DNA from: a virus
DNA length: 59,347 nt
Virus record (IMG/VR): IMGVR_UViG_3300050154_000158
Strand: one strand, 5' to 3'
Position numbers and translations under genes: made by a program. How positions within the stretch are numbered: the first letter of the stretch is position 1; each line of letters begins with the position of its first letter. The notes beneath the pieces were generated by a model. That model was not told where the DNA came from and made no database searches. It saw only the letters and a list, made by a program, of their open reading frames with translations. Of this stretch, positions 1 to 8,683 are shown in pieces.

Positions 1-127
1 AAAACTGGTTTATAAAGGGGTTGCTACATGCACAACAAATTAAACGACACCGATGTATCTGCTTTAGTTTCAGCTATCGACACGATCTGGTTGTTAACGA
101 ATTTCATTATCTTATCAATGCCACGGG
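1..127. repeat. 127-bp end duplication identical to 59221..59347 (circular-closure overlap or terminal redundancy)
   Basis: Direct reading: both ends read aaaactggtttataaaggggttgctacatgcacaac...cttatcaatgccacggg with no mismatch. Confidence 0.95.
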
Positions 128-219
128 ACCCAAGACTTCAACTTTTGGAGTCTGCGGTAACGCGAATAAACAGTACGTGCGAATCGCTGGAGCCGATCAT
201 GTCAAAGTTTGATGCGTGA
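28..219 (+). CDS. hypothetical protein, 63 aa; paralog of 58458..58670
   Basis: ORF followed by terminator at 322-348. Aligns by eye with the 70-aa ORF (SALVSAIDTI/AAMVSAIDSI, INSTCESLEPIMSKF/INQTCEALEPIMQKF). Confidence 0.55.
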   Translation: MHNKLNDTDVSALVSAIDTIWLLTNFIILSMPRDPRLQLLESAVTRINSTCESLEPIMSKFDA

Positions 220-321
220 CACTGGTGTAGATGGAAAAATAAAAGCGTGGCTAATCTGACAGCTCCGCGTTCACGCCATCACTGATATGCTGATGTTGTT
301 TTATACCGTTGCTTTATTATT

Positions 322-348
322 AACCCGCCGAGTGCGGGTTCTTTTTTT
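322..348 (+). terminator. Rho-independent terminator
   Basis: AACCCGC-cgagt-GCGGGTT hairpin followed by cTTTTTTT. Confidence 0.75.
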
Positions 349-559
349 GGGGGGAGATTAGATGAAATTTGAGAAATAGAAAATAGTTGTCAGGTGAGAC
401 AGGGATTAGTTTGGAGCGATAAAAATGGTTGAATTGGACTGAAAAGAATGGGTGATATAATGAGTAAAATATGGATTTTTTGGAGGGAGTGTTATACTTG
501 CCGTTCTCTAAGCTAATTCCCCGCCAGTTCCCCAGCGAGGTTTTGCTTTGAACGATTTC

Positions 560-712
560 AAGCTAAGTGCTTGATAATAATGGTGCCGATGGCCGGAGTC
601 GAACCGGCACGCTGTAACCAGCGAGGGATTTTAAATCTCTCGTCAAAATCACAAAAATCAAGCACTTACATCAAAAACAGGGAATACCACAACCCAGTAA
701 GTGCTTGAATTG
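560..712. other. attP-like attachment region (tRNA-derived core plus three arm-type repeats)
   Basis: The 11-12 bp motif (g)taagtgcttga occurs at 564-574 (+), 658-669 (inverted) and 697-708 (+). These flank the tRNA fragment, and the integrase gene is adjacent. Confidence 0.6.
581..640 (-). tRNA. partial tRNA-Leu(UAA), 3' portion only (anticodon loop to CCA); not a complete gene
   Basis: The minus strand reads AGAGA-TTTAAAA-TCCCT (anticodon UAA). Next come a long variable arm CGCTG-gtta-CAGCG, a T arm GCCGG-TTCGACT-CCGGC and the acceptor 3' strand CATCGGCACCA. No matching 5' acceptor or D arm lies upstream. Confidence 0.8.
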
Positions 713-755
713 TAACACAGAGAATTCAGCTATTCCCCATAAATTAACCATCAAC

Positions 756-1769
756 TCATGGATTTTCCTTCACTGAATCAACTGCTGGCACTCGTTTTAT
801 TGATCGATCATAAGTAGACACTTGAGACTCTGTTTTGTGCCCACTTATTTTTTGCTTATCTTTGCTTGTACCGCCAATGTCGCTGATCGCCTTCGCTTTG
901 ATGTCGTGAAATGTAAAGTTAAGCGGCCATTTCGTTTCTTCTCTTGCTCGTTTCATTAGGTCTTGCCAAGCCGAATCAAAACCATTGCTGGTGTATGGGT
1001 GGCCATCTGACTTAACAACAATGAAAGGGCGGTGGGCATTACAGTCGAGAGTTTTAGCAAGTTGAATAGCTTTGGTTAGGCGAGGTGACCACATCTTGAT
1101 TTGCCTTACACCAGTTTTACCCTGCTGAATGAAGATCCCGTCCGCCATTACCTGATCCCACCGCATTGTAAGAACGTCACCCTTACGGGCTGCGCACAGA
1201 TAACTTAACTCCATAGCAACCTTGATGGTTGGTGATGCGAGTGCATAAACAGCATCATATTCTGGGTCGGTAATGTATTTATCTCTTGCGCGTTCGGTGA
1301 ATTGTTTAACGCCTTTGCAGGGGTTGATTTTCACTTTACCTCGCTCATATGCCCAACGATAAGCGCGAGAGAAGAACGCCTTTTCTCGATTGGCTTGAAC
1401 CCGAGAGCTGATCCCGCGTTTATCCATGTAGGCGCGAACGTGCTTTGGTTCAACACGATTAGCCTCCATTTCGCCAAACACCAACAATATGTTTCGGCTG
1501 TTTTTCCGGTAATCGGCCTTTGTTGAATTCGCTAAATCTTTGTAGTCGGCAGATTCAAAAAACTCAGCAATTAGCTTTTTGACGGTGTACGTAAGTAGAT
1601 CTTCATTAATCAACTTTTCATATTCAAACCAGACGGTTGAATTTGATTCTTTGGCGCCGCATAACCTGATTGATCCGCCCCCTCTGGGTCGGAAGACATA
1701 AGATGGACCTTTTAAATATACGCGCGGAGGCATCCAGTTATCATCTGAGTTTTTTCTTGCTCTTTTCAT
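756..1769 (-). CDS. int: tyrosine recombinase / phage integrase
   Basis: 337 aa with catalytic-region motifs by eye (AARKGDVLTMRW, FTFHDIKAKAISD, GHKTESQVSTYDR). It lies adjacent to the tRNA-derived att core. Confidence 0.9.
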   Translation of the reverse strand: MKRARKNSDDNWMPPRVYLKGPSYVFRPRGGGSIRLCGAKESNSTVWFEYEKLINEDLLTYTVKKLIAEFFESADYKDLANSTKADYRKNSRNILLVFGEMEANRVEPKHVRAYMDKRGISSRVQANREKAFFSRAYRWAYERGKVKINPCKGVKQFTERARDKYITDPEYDAVYALASPTIKVAMELSYLCAARKGDVLTMRWDQVMADGIFIQQGKTGVRQIKMWSPRLTKAIQLAKTLDCNAHRPFIVVKSDGHPYTSNGFDSAWQDLMKRAREETKWPLNFTFHDIKAKAISDIGGTSKDKQKISGHKTESQVSTYDRSIKRVPAVDSVKENP

Positions 1770-1990
1770 CCTAAAGCCTCCAAGTTAAAACCGATATCTT
1801 CCTGAACAGGCTTTGCTTGAACCATTGAAAGCCAAGGGCGGGTAGTGCGGATATGCCCATCTTTTCGAACGCTATATCTGATCCCCATTCTATCGAGCAC
1901 CATGCGCTGTTTTGACGGTAACACGTAGCCAGTCAGTTCAACCAACTCGGCTTCGGTGACAATTAAGTTAGTATCCATGACGGACTCCAT
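1766..1990 (-). CDS. putative excisionase / small DNA-binding protein
   Basis: 74-aa ORF overlapping the int start by 4 nt (coupled). Size and position are typical of Xis. The family call is weak. Confidence 0.45.
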   Translation of the reverse strand: MESVMDTNLIVTEAELVELTGYVLPSKQRMVLDRMGIRYSVRKDGHIRTTRPWLSMVQAKPVQEDIGFNLEALG

Positions 1991-2069
1991 AGAGATATCT
2001 CGGAAAACAATGATCCGATTGTTTGCTGCTGACAGATTTAAAGTGGAGGGTGGATATTTGGTGGGAGGG

Positions 2070-2296
2070 TTACTTAACCGTTATTCCAGCCTGAATTAGT
2101 TTATCCTCAACAAGCTCTTTATATTTAAAAAGGATTTCCTCATCTCCAAAATCATCAGTATTTGGCAATTCAACAACTAGACTGGTACAAGCCTTATTCC
2201 AAAACTCTTCCGCCACATCTTTAATTGACACGGTTTGGCCGAAAAAAATTTCCGCTCAGCCCATGCCTTTTCGAATTGCTCTTTTGATTTATCCAT
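2070..2296 (-). pseudogene. 75-codon gene interrupted at a T7 homopolymer (frameshift, sequencing error or slippage site)
   Basis: ATG at 2296 with a GGTGA RBS opens 18 codons up to the T7 run (plus-strand A7 at 2242-2248). The -1 frame then stays open for 56 codons to TAA at 2070-2072. Confidence 0.45.
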
Positions 2297-2371
2297 ATTT
2301 ATTCACCATTAAACAAGTTATTAAAAACCATCCAGCGCACCATGCAATATATAGCTCAACTGCGTGATTGG

Positions 2372-2953
2372 TCATTTGCTTGGTTCTGGCGTTTTTAATT
2401 CACGGTATGCTGTTCGCACGCCAAGCTCAAAAAGCGCAACCTTGTCTATTAAGCATGTTTCTGTATCAATTCCCCATTTGTTTTTTACTCCAGTATAAAA
2501 CTCATCCTCTTCACGCTTTGCGCGCTCTTCTGGTGTTTCGATTGGTTTGATGTTTTTCGGTATAAAGCTATATACCTCATTTGTTTTTGAATACCCCCAC
2601 ACGCAGCTATCGCCATCAACAAAAAGACAAGTTAATTCTATTGGTGTACAATTTTTATTTTGACCAACGTATTCAGAGCCAACATCCGGCAACCGCCCCG
2701 CCTGCTGATCTTCCACAGTCCAGCGGTTGGGCTCAGCAACATCTTCGATGCGGCGCATTGCGGCCCGATGAAAAACAACACCACGTGGCGGGAAATCAAC
2801 AACATAATTAAATGCTTCTACTAGTGATGGGTAGAATGAAACTTTAGTTTTTTGTCCAACTGAATGTTGCACTGCAACCAAATACCCATCGCAATTTGTC
2901 GCTCCATCAAACAAATCTTGCGGCCCAAAAACAGGGGTTATTTTCTTCATCAT
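2372..2953 (-). CDS. hypothetical protein, 193 aa
   Basis: Long ORF in the early-left operon. Its start overlaps the upstream gene's stop by 4 nt. Confidence 0.6.
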   Translation of the reverse strand: MMKKITPVFGPQDLFDGATNCDGYLVAVQHSVGQKTKVSFYPSLVEAFNYVVDFPPRGVVFHRAAMRRIEDVAEPNRWTVEDQQAGRLPDVGSEYVGQNKNCTPIELTCLFVDGDSCVWGYSKTNEVYSFIPKNIKPIETPEERAKREEDEFYTGVKNKWGIDTETCLIDKVALFELGVRTAYRELKTPEPSK

Positions 2954-3390
2954 GCACCAGCCTTATTTGTACGCAGCTGTTTGTTATGTTCTTCGCAGCA
3001 TGAAACCCCATGGGATGCCGAGGTATTTGAAGGTTTCCCACAGATTCCGCATGGGCCGAATGGTTCAGATATATTTGCTGAATAATAAAGTTGGGCTGAT
3101 TCATACCATTCTTCATCTGGTTCAGGAATTAATCCGGGGCCACAAAGAGTGTTCCATATCCACGAATAACCAGCTTCATGACCGTTGTGCTCAGTTTCAA
3201 TAACACACGCCTGCATTGCAACAAGATTGTTATTAAGCAAGTCATACGCTGATTTTATTTCTTTGCGCAGAAGGTTGTTTTCATTTTCCCTTGCTTTAAC
3301 AAACTCCAAAATCTTTGCTGGATACGCCCCAGTGTGAGTTTTAAGCCACGCCAGCGCATCGGGTAATGTTACTTCTGGTTCAGTTGTCAT
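2950..3390 (-). CDS. hypothetical protein, 146 aa, Cys-rich C-terminus
   Basis: Long ORF, tightly packed with its neighbours. Contains CGICGK...CCEEH. Confidence 0.6.
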   Translation of the reverse strand: MTTEPEVTLPDALAWLKTHTGAYPAKILEFVKARENENNLLRKEIKSAYDLLNNNLVAMQACVIETEHNGHEAGYSWIWNTLCGPGLIPEPDEEWYESAQLYYSANISEPFGPCGICGKPSNTSASHGVSCCEEHNKQLRTNKAGA

Positions 3391-3391
3391 A

Positions 3392-3628
3392 TTAATCTCT
3401 CTCCTGAAATTGGCCGTTTATCTGACCAATCTTGTGAACGAATTTGAAATAAGACACATCAGGCAATATGAGCTTTAATTGCGCATACTCCCGATGAAAT
3501 ATCTCAGTTAATTTTTCGGTATCCCTGCGATCAACTGTTTCGCATTTTTTATTTACGGTGCGGCATATTTGAAGCAGGGCATTTTCGGCGGCGTAGTTCA
3601 TTGGCGGCCCCAAAATAGAAACAAACAC
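3392..3628 (-). CDS. hypothetical protein (78 aa; may start at internal Met, 3601)
   Basis: ORF ends 2 nt before the next gene starts. Start is uncertain. Confidence 0.5.
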   Translation of the reverse strand: MFVSILGPPMNYAAENALLQICRTVNKKCETVDRRDTEKLTEIFHREYAQLKLILPDVSYFKFVHKIGQINGQFQERD

Positions 3629-3705
3629 ACCGATAATTAAATCGGCATGTAGTTATGTTGAGTTTGGAAAGCTGACTTACATGGCGTAAGCCAGCATGGT
3701 TATGA

Positions 3706-4557
3706 TTAGTGTTTTGACCAGCGGGACAACATAAAGGCGGCGCTTTGTATTCTGAACAGTGATTCGTTTATTTCGGTGAACCCTGACACCAATACTCGCT
3801 CAAGTTTGTCGCACTCGGTCATCATTATTCTTTGCTCTGGGCCGGACAAGTAAGCCTCTGCCAACTGGCGGATCTCGTTAACAATGGCGCGGCCAGATGC
3901 GTAACTGAGTTCATTTTCTTTTTCGATGGATACGCCAGCCGGAATATATTCACCTTCCAGCGTCAGGCGCGAAAGCAACGAAACGGCATCAGTGAAATGT
4001 TCGGGGGAGATCTCTTTGTAGGTAACGCCGAATTTCGATTTTAGTGCTGACCAGCAAGTAATGGTGGCTTTGGCGCGTTGGTTCGATGGCAGAGAATCGG
4101 CTTTATCTTTGACGATCTTCTTGATCGCTTCCTGTTGTTCGATGGTTAACCCATTCGGCAGGGCCTTGCGTGTTTTCTCTGGTCGGCTGCGCGGGTTAAC
4201 TGCTTCGCCCTGTGACCAATATTGCCACAGCGCATTATCGCATTCGTTCTGGTAGGTGACGACACGTTCGCGCACGGCCAGATCTTTGATCTTGTTCGGG
4301 TGGATGGTCATCAGCCAGCCGGGGAGTTTGCGCAGTGGCAAGCATGATGTTTGCTGATCGCCGCTTTTAGAGGGTATTGTCATTTCGACAACACCCCATC
4401 TTGATTCGTTTCCAGTTAACTTTTTGAATTGAGTCGCCCAGTTAAGCCCCATACCTTCAACGATAGGTTTCATGGCTGCGAATGGCTGACCTTCGTGTTG
4501 CAGGGTGATGAGTTGATGACCGTGAAATTCGACTGTAGCAATAGATTGGGTAGTCAT
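3706..4557 (-). CDS. antirepressor-type protein (P22 AR N-terminal-like domain)
   Basis: The N-terminus VEFHGHQLITLQHEGQPFAAMKPIVEGMGLNWATQFKKL resembles phage antirepressor N-terminal domains by eye. Confidence 0.6.
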   Translation of the reverse strand: MTTQSIATVEFHGHQLITLQHEGQPFAAMKPIVEGMGLNWATQFKKLTGNESRWGVVEMTIPSKSGDQQTSCLPLRKLPGWLMTIHPNKIKDLAVRERVVTYQNECDNALWQYWSQGEAVNPRSRPEKTRKALPNGLTIEQQEAIKKIVKDKADSLPSNQRAKATITCWSALKSKFGVTYKEISPEHFTDAVSLLSRLTLEGEYIPAGVSIEKENELSYASGRAIVNEIRQLAEAYLSGPEQRIMMTECDKLERVLVSGFTEINESLFRIQSAAFMLSRWSKH

Positions 4558-4720
4558 AATAATTGACCTTGCTTTGATGATTTTGTTATCACCACCACCG
4601 ATGCCAATCTAATGGTGATGAACCGTACAGGGTTGGCATACCGGCCACAAAGCAATCCGGCGCTTCCGAAGAAGCCCCTGCACGGCCCATCATTACTGAA
4701 ATGAGCTGTGCAGCGCGCAT

Positions 4721-4740
4721 AAAAAAACCGCTAACGCGGT
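4721..4740 (-). terminator. Rho-independent terminator (minus strand)
   Basis: Minus strand: ACCGC-gtta-GCGGT followed by T7. The hairpin is nested inside an outer GCGCAT/ATGCGC pairing (4715-4746). Confidence 0.7.
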
Positions 4741-4847
4741 ATGCGCTACTTTGTAGGTTCAGGATGCCAATCCCGACAGCAGATTTTGCTGCTGTAAGGT
4801 AAAGTTAGCGTTTTCATGCGGTGTTGTCAATTTTTCATCCTGATAGG

Positions 4848-5603
4848 TTATTGCAACTGAGCGCCAGCAGCCTGACTGGCAATCAAATCGCACATAGCAT
4901 CGAAGCCTTTCTGGTTATATTGGAAGGTTTTCACCTGTTTGGCGTGGCCTTTGGCTTTGTCGAGCACCCAAATACCGAAATCTTCCTGTTTCATGTTGTG
5001 CTGATTAGCGATGCGCCCAACCATGTTGGCGCTAATTCCGGCAGCTTCTGCAATTTCAGAGGCAGTGTAGAATTTGCTTTCAATGCGAGGCATTGGGATC
5101 ACTTCAAAGCCAGCAAGTGGGTTGATCAGGCTAGCCGCGAGACATTGCTTTGACTCTTTGCCGAGATCGGGTAGCAACTTGGTGAGGCGTTCGATTGAGT
5201 TGATCCGGCTTTCAATTGATTTTGATATGCGCATTTCATCGAGTGCTGATTTCGCCTTTTCACTTCCAGATAATTCAACAGCTTTTTCAATGTCGCCGTG
5301 CTTGAGTGCCTGAACTGCTTTGTAGAGTTGAACTTCGTAAGATGGGTCGATCCAGCCTGCAAACTTCATGGCGATAATTTCTGATGCGTAGGTAGCGGCA
5401 TTCTTTCCTCGAACACTTATGATTTCCTCAGAAGCCTTTATACAGGCTTCTAAAAATTCATGCTGTGAATCCTTAAACTTGGACGGGCGATGATTATCTT
5501 CATCAGCCATGCCTGCCGCTACAGCTGCTTTGTGTAAATCGTTCAGGCAATACAGGCCGCTTTTGTTGATAGTGACTTCGGTGTTCATGATTTGAAGCTT
5601 CAT
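4848..5603 (-). CDS. KilA-N domain protein
   Basis: Start chosen at the Met with a GGAGA RBS. TINKSGLYCLNDLHKAA...HRPSKF matches the KilA-N pattern by eye. Confidence 0.65.
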   Translation of the reverse strand: MKLQIMNTEVTINKSGLYCLNDLHKAAVAAGMADEDNHRPSKFKDSQHEFLEACIKASEEIISVRGKNAATYASEIIAMKFAGWIDPSYEVQLYKAVQALKHGDIEKAVELSGSEKAKSALDEMRISKSIESRINSIERLTKLLPDLGKESKQCLAASLINPLAGFEVIPMPRIESKFYTASEIAEAAGISANMVGRIANQHNMKQEDFGIWVLDKAKGHAKQVKTFQYNQKGFDAMCDLIASQAAGAQLQ

Positions 5604-5682
5604 TACTTTCTCCAGACAATAGAAATCCGCTGCTGATTGAGTTATCAACAGTTTCGGTGGATAAGAACGGGGTAAGTGGTGG

Positions 5683-6192
5683 TTAAGCGGCTTTCTTTGA
5701 GCCTATCCCGCGAGTAAACGGAACGGTAATTGAGTCACCGATATGCATAGCAGGAAAACACACAAGAGCGGAACCGAAGTTAACGCCTGATTTCTTGGTT
5801 ACGCCATCACGCTCAAGGAAGTTGTAGCGACCGTCAGGCTCATAGATGATACAGCCTTTGCTTACACCTCTACGCCACCAATCAGTCTGGCGTTCATATG
5901 GGAGAAGCATCATTCCTGCGCGACCTTTTGCGCGTTGCTGCTTGGCGTGGTGAATGAATTGCGTTTTCAGGTCGAAGGGTGGATTTAGAAACCAGCTGTC
6001 TGGCCAGTCCAGCGACAAAGCATCATCATCACGAGTGAAAAACAGCTTACATTTAGCCGTGAGCTGTTCCGCTGCTACATCGATGATGAACTTTCTGCCA
6101 AATAGGCGCTCTGCATCAGCAAAACACTCCCACGTTGTAGCCCAGAAATTCTTATCGCTATCGGCAGTTTTTGATTTAACCAGGTGAGCCAT
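5683..6192 (-). CDS. phage Dam-type DNA N6-adenine methyltransferase
   Basis: 169 aa with an NPPF catalytic motif (WFLNPPFD). Size and layout match small phage Dam-family enzymes. Confidence 0.75.
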   Translation of the reverse strand: MAHLVKSKTADSDKNFWATTWECFADAERLFGRKFIIDVAAEQLTAKCKLFFTRDDDALSLDWPDSWFLNPPFDLKTQFIHHAKQQRAKGRAGMMLLPYERQTDWWRRGVSKGCIIYEPDGRYNFLERDGVTKKSGVNFGSALVCFPAMHIGDSITVPFTRGIGSKKAA

Positions 6193-6220
6193 TACACTGC
6201 TGCTCCTCTTCTTACGTGAC

Positions 6221-6448
6221 TTAGAACTTGGCAGGTGTGAATACGATTTTTAATATACGAGTAATACCATTCCTGCTTTTTCGACTCTGGAATAAGGTTT
6301 GTGCTTCACACCACAACTCCTCGGCTTTGACGTATCGACCTGCCTGTTCCGCTTCCGATGCCTGACGGAAAATAGTTTTGAACTTTCCGGTTCCCATGTA
6401 AAAGTCGCGGCCACCACGTTCACGGCGGCGCTGCCAGAAAACACTCAT
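6221..6448 (-). CDS. hypothetical small protein (75 aa)
   Basis: ORF overlaps the upstream gene's stop by 4 nt. Function unknown. Confidence 0.45.
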   Translation of the reverse strand: MSVFWQRRRERGGRDFYMGTGKFKTIFRQASEAEQAGRYVKAEELWCEAQTLFQSRKSRNGITRILKIVFTPAKF

Positions 6449-7479
6449 GCTGCCCTCCGTTTCTGTTTGTTGGTGTTAACTCGACTGGCTGTGATGACTT
6501 TGTTAGTGATGAGCTGATGGGTCATTCCACTTTTCAGTGCTTCTAACGCCGGAAGTGTCTTGGTTATCTCATCCAGCCGTTTGGTTAGAGCATCCGATCG
6601 CATGACTATCTTGTCAGCGTCATAGAGGGTTTCTTGCTCAAACAGCGACTTGATGTATTTTTTTAGTTCAGCTGGAACGCCTTTAACCAAGCTGGTTACA
6701 GCAACTTCACCGGAGGCCAGCGGCATTACATCAAAGTGAACACCATCATGCGTTTCAACGCGAAAGTAATACATGTGATCGCGAGATACATCATCAACGT
6801 TATCGCTGGAATGGTAAGCATCTTTGATGTTGCCGGGGCGTCGGTAGATGTGGAATGTACGGCCTTTTATGTCGAGGCTTTCTTCTGCTGATAAACCCTC
6901 AAACAGCAGTGCGTTTCTGACATACCGCATCAAATCAACGCAGCCGATTACCGCCTCATGCGTTGGCAGCATCTTGCTGCGAAGACTACTTAGCTGTGCT
7001 TCCAAGCGTGATGATTTGGATGTTTCCTTTTCGGCGGTTTCTTTATTTCGCTCTACCTGATTTTTTAGTCGCTTCACTTCAGCGCGGAGACTTCCCAGTT
7101 CTTTCGAGTCCGCTTGGTAATTATCTCGCTGGCGAATGACTTGCTTGTATTTGTCCTCAATGGACTTAACTTTGCTTTCATCGTCACGCCGGGCAGAAAT
7201 CATTTGCCGAACATCAGCCTGAGATCTTGATAGGCTTATTTTCAGCTCATCAATTTCCTTATCTCTAGCTTCAAGCAAGTCAATCAGGCTGTTATTTTCA
7301 TCAATCTGGTTGTTTGCAGCCTCGATGATCACACCCATATTTGAATTGAGCATTGATTGAAGGCTTTCGATTTGCGCCTTTGCTGAACCAGATGTGATAC
7401 TGAGTAGGGCGGTTATTTGAGACGAAAGCGTATTATGAGCGAGGCTTGTGGCCTCACTCGCGTTGAGTTGTGGTTCCAT
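6445..7479 (-). CDS. hypothetical coiled-coil protein, 344 aa
   Basis: Long ORF. The N-terminal half has heptad-like, charged low-complexity sequence. The C-terminal domain is not recognised. Confidence 0.7.
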   Translation of the reverse strand: MEPQLNASEATSLAHNTLSSQITALLSITSGSAKAQIESLQSMLNSNMGVIIEAANNQIDENNSLIDLLEARDKEIDELKISLSRSQADVRQMISARRDDESKVKSIEDKYKQVIRQRDNYQADSKELGSLRAEVKRLKNQVERNKETAEKETSKSSRLEAQLSSLRSKMLPTHEAVIGCVDLMRYVRNALLFEGLSAEESLDIKGRTFHIYRRPGNIKDAYHSSDNVDDVSRDHMYYFRVETHDGVHFDVMPLASGEVAVTSLVKGVPAELKKYIKSLFEQETLYDADKIVMRSDALTKRLDEITKTLPALEALKSGMTHQLITNKVITASRVNTNKQKRRAA

Positions 7480-7492
7480 AGTGGTGTCCTGA

Positions 7493-8647
7493 TTAATACT
7501 GAACTTGTGTATGACGAACCTTGCCGAAGACCACGCCGCTTAGTATTGCGACAGCCATTTCGCGTGATAGTTGAAATCCTTTCGCTGCGGCTGCGGCCTG
7601 CATGTCATCCAGAATTTCGTTATTGATCAGCTTTTGGTGTTCGATGTTAGCGGCCTTTGCTGCGACTTCTGCTTTGCGCTGTTCCTCTTCCTGAGCAATG
7701 CGATTCTGCTCATCGATTTGGCGCTGGCGTTCGGCTTCCTGAGCCTGAATTACGGCCAGACGTTCGCGTTCTTCTGCTTGTGCTGCCGCAATGCGCGCTT
7801 GTTCTTCTGCATCAATGCGTTGTTGTTCGAGCCGTTGCTGTGCGTCTTTAGCATCCTGTTCAGCTTTTAACTTGGCATCTCTTGCGTCTTGCTCTGCTTT
7901 TGCTTGAGCTTCTTCCGCTTCACGCTTTTGGCGCTCAAGCTCAAGCTGTTTACGCATGGATTCGCGTTCTGCTTCGAGCTTTGCTTCTTCTTTGATGCGG
8001 GCTTCACGGGCGAGGCGTTCTTGTTCCTCCCGTTCCTCTTTCAGCCGGGCAATTTCCGCCTGTTGCGCTTCCCATTGGAGACGAGTTTGCAGAAAGGCTT
8101 CCAGCTTCACTTTCGCTGCTTCTTTGGCTACCTGGGCGCGGTCTTGGTATTCGTCCCAAGTGCCATCGATGGCGATAGCTGCCAGCTCACTAACCCACAG
8201 CTGAATTTCAGCAGATGGTGATTCAGCGGTTGCCTTGGCGCCTAACTCTTGAATGGCTGCAATGCGTTGATCGAGTGCTGCAACTCGTGATTTTTCAGCG
8301 TTTTCGTAGTCAGTTAATGGCTTACGCACTCTGGCTTGCAGTTCATCGCAGAAGTCGCGAACCCGCTTTCTGGTTGCATCGATGCGCTTTGGGATTTCCT
8401 TCTCTGCATCGACCAGTTCTTTGCCAAGACCATCAATAAACGTTTTTGTTCTGGCTACTGCATAGGCTTGTGAGCCAATCAACTTGCGGCCTTTCAGTGT
8501 TGTGACGTCTGGCGTGAAGTCATTGGCCAGCGTTTCAATTTCGGTAAGAATTGAGTCAATATTTTTACTTTCAACGAAAAAAGCGCGTACATCAGTGGGC
8601 TGAATGACAACCAGCGAGGTTGATTCAGTCTTTGCTTGTTCTGTCAT
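7493..8647 (-). CDS. hypothetical protein with long E/A/K/Q-rich coiled coil (possibly DUF1351-like)
   Basis: 384-aa ORF directly upstream of recT. The N-terminal 130 aa resemble DUF1351-type proteins found next to RecT. The central region has a REAEEAQAKAEQDARDAKLKAEQDAKDAQ repeat. Confidence 0.6.
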   Translation of the reverse strand: MTEQAKTESTSLVVIQPTDVRAFFVESKNIDSILTEIETLANDFTPDVTTLKGRKLIGSQAYAVARTKTFIDGLGKELVDAEKEIPKRIDATRKRVRDFCDELQARVRKPLTDYENAEKSRVAALDQRIAAIQELGAKATAESPSAEIQLWVSELAAIAIDGTWDEYQDRAQVAKEAAKVKLEAFLQTRLQWEAQQAEIARLKEEREEQERLAREARIKEEAKLEAERESMRKQLELERQKREAEEAQAKAEQDARDAKLKAEQDAKDAQQRLEQQRIDAEEQARIAAAQAEERERLAVIQAQEAERQRQIDEQNRIAQEEEQRKAEVAAKAANIEHQKLINNEILDDMQAAAAAKGFQLSREMAVAILSGVVFGKVRHTQVQY

Positions 8648-8683
8648 GGCGTGGTGTCCGATTAAAGCCCCGAAGGGCTAGGG

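Noticed and set aside
581-672. Possible complete tRNA gene on the minus strand
   Set aside because: Only the anticodon loop through CCA is tRNA-like. The sequence where the D arm and 5' acceptor strand should be (641-672) cannot pair with CATCGGC. It is an att-site fragment, not a functional tRNA.
7571-8221. Plus-strand ORFs 7571-7870, 7657-7851, 7889-8221 and 7956-8204
   Set aside because: They are antisense to the long low-complexity coiled-coil gene 7493-8647 and mirror its repetitive codons (Leu/Phe/Cys/Ser-rich nonsense). No RBS and no independent support.
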